A stretch of DNA of 64,000 nucleotides, from positions 43,586,001 through 43,650,000 of the forward strand of contig OZ024755.1 of NCBI GenBank assembly GCA_964016885.1, read 5' to 3'. The stretch comes from Eledone cirrhosa (lineage: Eukaryota). The notes beneath the pieces are model-generated. The model saw only the letters and a program-made list of their open reading frames with translations. It made no database searches and was not told where the DNA came from. Shown here one piece after another: positions 55,001-64,000 of this stretch (position 1 is its first letter; each line of letters starts with the position of its first letter). The translations under genes and the position numbers were made by a program.

Positions 55001-58000
55001 ACAGTACCAACATATACTGTATACCACAGTTGACAGTACCAACGTATACTGTGTACCACAGTTGACAATACCAACGTATGCTGTGTACCACAGTTGACAA
55101 TACCAACATATACCGTGTACCACGGTTGACAGTACCAACATATACTGTGTACCACAGTTGACAGTTCCAACATATATGGTGTACCACTGTTGACACTACC
55201 GACATATACTGCGTAGCACATTTGACAGTACTAACATATACTGTGTACCACAGTTGCGAGTACCAACATATACTGGGTACCACTGTTGATAGTACCAACA
55301 TATACTGTGTACCACAGTTGACAGTATCAACATATACTGTGTACCATTATTGACAGTACCAACATATACTGTGTACCACAGTTGACAATACCAACATATA
55401 CTGTGTACCATAGTTGACAGTACCAACATATACTGTGTACCACAGTTGACAGTACCAACATATACTGTGTACCATAGTTGACAGTATCAACATATATGTG
55501 TACCACTGTTGACAGTACTAACATATGCTGTGTACCACAGTTGACAGTACCAACATATACTGTGTACCGCAGTTGACAGTACCAACATATCCTGTGTACC
55601 TCAGTTGACAGTACCAACATATACTGTGTACCACAGTTGACAGTACCAACATATACTGTGTACCACAGGTGACAGTACCAACGTATACTGTGTACCAGAG
55701 TTGACAGTACCAACATATACTGTGTACCACAGTTGACAGTACCAACATATACTGTGTACCACAGTTGACAGTACCAACATATACAGTGTACCACAGTTGA
55801 CAGTGCCAACATATACTGTGTACCACAGCTGACACTACCAACATATACTTGTACCTCAGTTGACAGTACTAACATATACTGTGTACCACAGTTGACAGTA
55901 CCAACGTATACTGTGTACCACAGTTGACAGTACCAACGTATACTGTGTACCACAGTTGACAATACCAACATATACTGTGTACCAGAGTTGACAGTACCAA
56001 CGTATACTGTGTACCACTGTTGACAATACCAACATATACTGTGTACCACAGTTGACAGTACCAACATATACAGTGTACCACAGTTGACAGTACCAACATA
56101 TACTGTGTACCACAGTTGACAGTACCAACATATACTGTGTACCACAGTTGACAGTACCAACATGTACCGTGTACCACAGTTGACAGTACCAACGTATACT
56201 GTGTACCACAGTTAAGAGTACCAACGTATACTGTGTACCACAGTTGACAGTACCAACATATACTGTGTACCACAGTTGACAGTACCAACATATACTGTGT
56301 AGCACAGTTGACAGTACCAACGTATACTGTGTACCACAGTTGACAGTACCAACATATACTGTGTACCACTGTTGACAGTACCAACATATACCGTGTACCA
56401 CAGTTGACAGTACCAACGTATACTGTGTACCACTGTTGACAGTACCAACATATACCCTGTACCACAGTTCACAGTACCAACGTATACTGTTTATGTTACC
56501 ACAGTTGACAGTACCAACATATACTGTGTACCACAGTTGAGAGTACCAACATATACTGGGTACCACTGTTGACAGTAGCAACATATACTGTGTACCACAG
56601 TTGACAGTATCAACATATACTGTGTACCACAGTTGACAGTACCAACATATACTGTGTACCACTGTTGACTACCAACATATACCATGTACCACAGTTCACA
56701 GTACCAACGTATACTGTGTATGTTACCACAGTTGACAGTACCAACATATACTGTGTACCACAGTTGAGAGTACCAACATATACTGGGTACCACTGTTGAC
56801 AGTACCAACATATACTGTGTACCACAGTTGACAGTACCAACATATACTGTGTACCACAGTTGACAGTACTAACGTATACTGTGTACCACAGTTGCCAATG
56901 CCAACATATACTGCGTACCACAGTTGACAGTACCAACATATACTGTGTACCACAGTTAACAGTACCAACATATACTGTGTACCACAGTTGACAGTACCAA
57001 CATATACTGTGTACCACAGTTGACAGTACCAACATATACTGTGTACCTCAGTTGACAGTACCAACATATACTGTGTACCACAGTTGACAATACCAACATA
57101 TACTGTGTACCACAGTTGACAGTACCAACATATACTGTGTACCACAGTTGACAGTACCAACATATACTGTGTACCACAGTTGACAGTACCAACATATACT
57201 TTGTACCACAGTTGACAGTACCAACATATACTGTGTACCACAGTTAACAGTACCAACATATACTGTGTACCACATTTGACAGTACCAACGTATACTGTGT
57301 ACCACAGTTGACAGTACCATCATATACTGTGTACCACAGTTGACAGTACCAACGTATACTGTGTACCAGAGTTGACAGTACCAACATATACTGTGTACCA
57401 CAGTTGACAGTACCAACATATACTGTTTACCACAGCTGACACTGCCAACATATACTGTGTACCACAGTTGAGAGTACCAACATATACTGTGTACCACAGT
57501 TGACAGTACCAACATGTACCGTCTACCACAGTTGATAGTACCAACGTATACTGTGTACCACAGTTGAGAGTACCAACGTATACTGTGTACCACAGTTGAT
57601 TGTAGCAACGTATACTCTGTACCACAGTTGACAGTACCAACATATACTGTGTACCACAGTTGACAGTACCAACATATACTGTGTACCACTGTTGACAGTA
57701 CCAACATATACTGGGTACCGCAGTTAACAGTAGCAACATATACCGTGTACCACAGTTGAGAGTACCAACATATACTGTGTACCACAGTTGACAGTACCAA
57801 CATATACTGTGTACCACAGTTGACAGTACCAAAATATACTGTGTACCATAGTTGACAGTGCCAACATATACCGTGTACCACAGTTGACAATACCAACATA
57901 TACTGTGTACCACAGTTGACAGTACCAACATATACTGTGTACCACAGTTGACAGTACCAACGTATACTGTGTACCACAGTTGACAGTACCAACATATACT

Positions 58001-61000
58001 GTGTAACACAGTTGACAGTACCAACATATACCGTGTACCACAGTTGACAGTACCAACGTATACTGTGTACCACAGTTGAAAGTACCAACATATACTGTGT
58101 ACCACAGTTGACAGTACCAACATATACTGTGTACCACAGTTGACAGTACCAACATATACTGTGTACCACAGTTGACAGTACCAACGTATACTGTATACCA
58201 CATTTGACAGTACCAACGTAAACTGTGCACCACAGTTGACAGTACCAACCTATACTGTGTACCACTGGTGACAGTACCAACATATACCGTGTACCACAGT
58301 TGACAGTACCAACATATACTGTATACCACTGTTGACAGTACCAACATATACTGTGTACCACAGTTGACAGTACCAACGTATACTGTGTATATTACCACAG
58401 TTGACAGTACCAACATATACTGTGTACCACAGTTGAGAGTACCAACGTATACCGTGTACCACAGTTGACAGTACCAACATATACTGTGTACCACAGTTGA
58501 CAGTACCAACATACACTGTGTACCACAGTTGAAAGTACCAACGTATACTGTGTACCACAGTTGACAATACCATCATATACTGTGTACCACAGTTGACAGT
58601 GCCAACATATACTGTGTACCACAGTTGACAGTACTAACATATACTGTGTACCACAATTGACAGTACCAACGTATACTGTGTACCACAGTTGACAGTACTA
58701 ACGTATACTGTGTACCAAAGTTGACAATACCAACATATACTGTGTATCACAGTTGACAGTACCAACATATACTGTGTACCACAGTTGACAGTACCAACAT
58801 ATACTGTGTACCACAGTTGACAATACCAGCGTATACTGTGCACCACAGTTGACAGTACCAACATATACCGTGTACCACAGTTGAGCGTACCAACATATAC
58901 TGTGTACCACAGTTGATAGTACCAACATATACTGTGTACCAAAGTTGACAGTACCAACATATACTGTATACCACAGTTGACAGTACCAACGTATACTGTG
59001 TACCACAGTTGACAATACCAACGTATGCTGTGTACCACAGTTGACAATACCAACATATACCGTGTACCACGGTTGACAGTACCAACATATACTGTGTACC
59101 ACAGTTGACAGTTCCAACATATATGGTGTACCACTGTTGACACTACCGACATATACTGCGTAGCACATTTGACAGTACTAACATATACTGTGTACCACAG
59201 TTGCGAGTACCAACATATACTGGGTACCACTGTTGATAGTACCAACATATACTGTGTACCACAGTTGACAGTATCAACATATACTCTGTACCATTATTGA
59301 CAGTACCAACATATACTGTGTACCACAGTTGACAATACCAACATATACTGTGTACCATAGTTGACAGTACCAACATATACTGTGTACCACAGTTGACAGT
59401 ACCAACATATACTGTGTACCATAGTTGACAGTATCAACGTATATGTGTACCACTGTTGACAGTACTAACATATGCTGTGTACCACAGTTGACAGTACCAA
59501 CATATACTGTGTACCGCAGTTGACAGTACCAACATATCCTGTGTACCTCAGTTGACAGTACCAACATATACTGTGTACCACAGTTGACAGTACCAACATA
59601 TACTGTGTACCACAGGTGACAGTACCAACGTATACTGTGTACCAGAGTTGACAGTACCAACATATACTGTGTACCACAGTTGACAGTACCAACATATACT
59701 GTGTACCACAGTTGACAGTACCAACATATACAGTGTACCACAGTTGACAGTGCCAACATATACTGTGTACCACAGCTGACACTACCAACATATACTTGTA
59801 CCTCAGTTGACAGTACTAACATATACTGTGTACCACAGTTGACAGTACCAACGTATACTGTGTACCACAGTTGACAGTACCAACGTATACTGTGTACCAC
59901 AGTTGACAATACCAACATATACTGTGTACCAGAGTTGACAGTACCAACGTATACTGTGTACCACTGTTGACAATACCAACATATACTGTGTACCACAGTT
60001 GACAGTACCAACATATACAGTGTACCACAGTTGACAGTACCAACATATACTGTGTACCACAGTTGACAGTACCAACATATACTGTGTACCACAGTTGACA
60101 GTACCAACATGTACCGTGTACCACAGTTGACAGTACCAACGTATACTGTGTACCACAGTTAAGAGTACCAACGTATACTGTGTACCACAGTTGACAGTAC
60201 CAACATATACTGTGTACCACAGTTGACAGTACCAACATATACTGTGTAGCACAGTTGACAGTACCAACGTATACTGTGTACCACAGTTGACAGTACCAAC
60301 ATATACTGTGTACCACTGTTGACAGTACCAACATATACCGTGTACCACAGTTGACAGTACCAACGTATACTGTGTACCACTGTTGACAGTACCAACATAT
60401 ACCCTGTACCACAGTTCACAGTACCAACGTATACTGTTTATGTTACCACAGTTGACAGTACCAACATATACTGTGTACCACAGTTGAGAGTACCAACATA
60501 TACTGGGTACCACTGTTGACAGTAGCAACATATACTGTGTACCACAGTTGACAGTATCAACATATACTGTGTACCACAGTTGACAGTACCAACATATACT
60601 GTGTACCACAGTTGACACTACCAACATATATGGTGTACCACTGTTGACACTACCGACATATACTGCGTACCACAGTTGACAGTACCAACATATACTGTGT
60701 ACCACAGTTGACAGTACCAACGTATACTGTGTACCACAGTTGCCAATGCCAACATATACTGTGTACCACAGTTGGCACTACAGTGCCAACATATACCGTG
60801 TACCACAGTTGACAATACCAACATATACTGTGTACCACAGTTGACAGTACCAACATATACTGTGTACCACAGTTGACAGTACCAACGTATACTGTGTACC
60901 ACAGTTGACAGTACCGACATATACTGTGTAACACAGTTGACAGTACCAACATATACTGTGTACCACAGTTGACAGTACCAACGTATACTGTGTACCACAG

Positions 61001-64000
61001 TTGCCAATGCCAACATATACTGTGTACCACAGTTGACAGTACCAACATATATGGTGTACCACTGTTGACACTACCGACATATACTGTGTACCACAGTTGA
61101 CAGACCAACATATACTGTGTACCACAGTTGACAGACCAACATATACTGTGTACCACAGTTGACAGTACCCACATATACTGGGTACTACAGTTGACAGTAC
61201 CCACATATACTGGGTACCACAGTTGACAGTACCAACATATACTGTGTACCACAGATGACTATCAACGTATACTGTGTACCACAGTTGACAGTACCAACAT
61301 ATACTGTCTACCACAGTTGACAGTACCAACATATACTGTGTACCACATTTGACAGTACCAACATATACTGTATACCACAGTTGACAGTACACACATATAC
61401 TGGGTACCACAGTTGACAGTACCAACATATACTGTGTACCACAGTTGACAGTACAAACATATACTGTGTTCCACAGTTGACAGTGCCAACATATACTGTG
61501 TACCACAGTTGACAATACCAACATATACTGTGTACCACAGTTGACAGTACCAACATATACTGTGTACCACAGTTGACAGTACCAACGTATACTGTGTACC
61601 ACAGTTGACAGTACCAACATATACTGTGTACCACAGTGTACCACAGTGGACAGTACCAACATATACTGTGTACCACAGTTGACAGTACAAACGTATACTG
61701 TGTACCACAGTTGCCAATGCCAACATATACTGCGTACCACAGTTGACAGAACCAACATATACTGTGTACCAACGTTGACAGAACCAACATATACTGTGTA
61801 CCACAGTTGACACTACCAACATATACTGTGTACCACAGTTGAGAGTACCAACATGTACCGTCTACCACAGTTGATAGTACCAACATGTACCGTCTACCAC
61901 AGTTGATAGTACCAACGTATACTGTGTACCACAGTTGAGAGTACCAACGTATACTGTGTACCACAGTTGATTGTAGCAACGTATACTCTGTACCACAGTT
62001 GACAGTACCAACATATACTGTGTACCACAGTTGACAGTACCAACATATACTGTGTACCACTGTTGACAGTACCAACATATACTGGGTACCGCAGTTAACA
62101 GTAGCAACATATACCGTGTACCACAGTTCAGAGTACCAACATATACTGTGTACCACAGTTGACAGTACCAACATATACTGTGTACCACAGTTGACAGTAC
62201 CAAAATATACTGTGTACCATAGTTGACAGTGCCAACATATACCGTGTACCACAGTTGACAATACCAACATATACTGTGTACCACAGTTGACAGTACCAAC
62301 ATATACTGTGTACCACAGTTGACAGTACCAACGTATACTGTGTACCACAGTTGACAGTACCGACATATACTGTGTAACACAGTTGACAGTACCAACATAT
62401 ACCGTGTACCACAGTTGACAGTACCAACGTATACTGTGTACCACAGTTGAAAGTACCAACATATACTGTGTACCACAGTTGACAGTACCAACATATACTG
62501 TGTACCACAGTTGACAGTACCAACATATACTGTGTACCACAGTTGACAGTACCAACGTATACTGTATACCACATTTGATAGTACCAACGTAAACTGTGTA
62601 CCACAGTTGACAGTACCAACCTATACTGTGTACCACTGGTGACAGTACCAACATATACCGTGTACCACAGTTGACAGTACCAACATATACTGTATACCAC
62701 AGTTGACAGTACCAACATATACTGTGTACCACAGTTGAGAGTACCAACGTATACCGTGTACCACAGTTGACAGTACCAACATACACTGTGTACCACAGTT
62801 GAAAGTACCAACGTATACTGTGTACCACAGTTGACAATACCATCATATACTGTGTACCACAGTTGACAGTGCCAACATATACTATGTACCACAGTTGACA
62901 GTACTAACATATACTGTGTACCACAATTGACAGTACCAACGTATACTGTGTACCACAGTTGACAGTACTAACGTATACTGTGTACCAAAGTTGACAATAC
63001 CAACATATACTGTGTATCACAGTTGACAGTACCAACATATACTGTGTACCACAGTTGACAGTACCAACATATACTGTGTACCACAGTTGACAATACCAGC
63101 GTATACTGTGCACCACAGTTGACAGTACCAACATATACCGTGTACCACAGTTGAGCGTACCAACATATACTGTGTACCACAGTTGATAGTACCAACATAT
63201 ACTGTGTACCAAAGTTGACAGTACCAACATATACTGTATACCACAGTTGACAGTACCAACGTATACTGTGTACCACAGTTGACAATACCAACGTATGCTG
63301 TGTACCACAGTTGACAATACCAACATATACCGTGTACCACGGTTGACAGTACCAACATATACTGTGTACCACAGTTGACAGTTCCAACATATATGGTGTA
63401 CCACTGTTGACACTACCGACATATACTGTGTAGCACATTTGACAGTACTAACATATACTGTGTACCACAGTTGCGAGTACCAACATATACTGGGTACCAC
63501 TGTTGATAGTACCAACATATACTGTGTACCACAGTTGACAGTATCAACATATACTGTGTACCATTATTGACAGTACCAACATATACTGTGTACCACAGTT
63601 GACAATACCAACATATACTGTGTACCATAGTTGACAGTACCAACATATACTGTGTACCACAGTTGACAGTACCAACATATACTGTGTACCATAGTTGACA
63701 GTATCAACGTATATGTGTACCACTGTTGACAGTACTAACATATGCTGTGTACCACAGTTGACAGTACCAACATATACTGTGTACCGCAGTTGACAGTACC
63801 AACATATCCTGTGTACCTCAGTTGACAGTACCAACATATACTGTGTACCACAGTTGACAGTACCAACATATACTGTGTACCACAGGTGACAGTACCAACG
63901 TATACTGTGTACCAGAGTTGACAGTACCAACATATACTGTGTACCACAGTTGACAGTACCAACATATACTGTGTACCACAGTTGACAGTACTAACATATA
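43045..64000. repeat. 32-bp satellite DNA array (about 650 units, runs off the window) with higher-order duplications
   Basis: Consensus CCACAGTTGACAGTACCAACATATACTGTGTA; variant patterns recur at kb offsets. Confidence 0.97.

Noticed and set aside
43045-64000. Long minus-strand ORFs (up to 667 aa) of MLVLSTVVHSICWYCQLWYTVYVGTVNCGTQY repeats
   Set aside because: Artefact of a 32-bp unit lacking minus-strand stops; all three frames give the same peptide and indels ignore frame.
43045-64000. CRISPR-like array (32-bp repeat with dyad)
   Set aside because: Units are directly adjacent with no unique spacers, there are no cas genes, and the context is eukaryotic.

Overview
Repeat-dense animal genomic DNA with no confidently identifiable host gene. 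The SINE/RTE repertoire resembles cephalopod (octopus-type) genomes, which is an inference. The most notable feature is an 11.7-kb Penelope-like retroelement (14248-25959) in (TA)n. It has an intact RT + C-terminal GIY-YIG ORF with Naiad-like motifs and a ~4.4-kb 3' region built largely of degenerate TA/TG microsatellite. That region ends in a pLTR carrying a type I hammerhead-ribozyme fold with a very long stem II. A near-identical ~4.5-kb inverted copy of the 3' end lies upstream, so the ORF sits in the loop of a giant inverted repeat. Several short palindromic insertions in (TA)n are nearby; one family, present three times, carries a variant hammerhead-like motif. Also present: decayed RTE, CR1 and R4/Dong-type LINEs, two Gypsy elements (one gag-deleted with both LTRs and a TSD), two non-autonomous Helitrons, tRNA-derived SINEs and several minisatellites. 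A >20-kb 32-bp satellite with kb-scale higher-order duplications runs from ~43045 to the window end.
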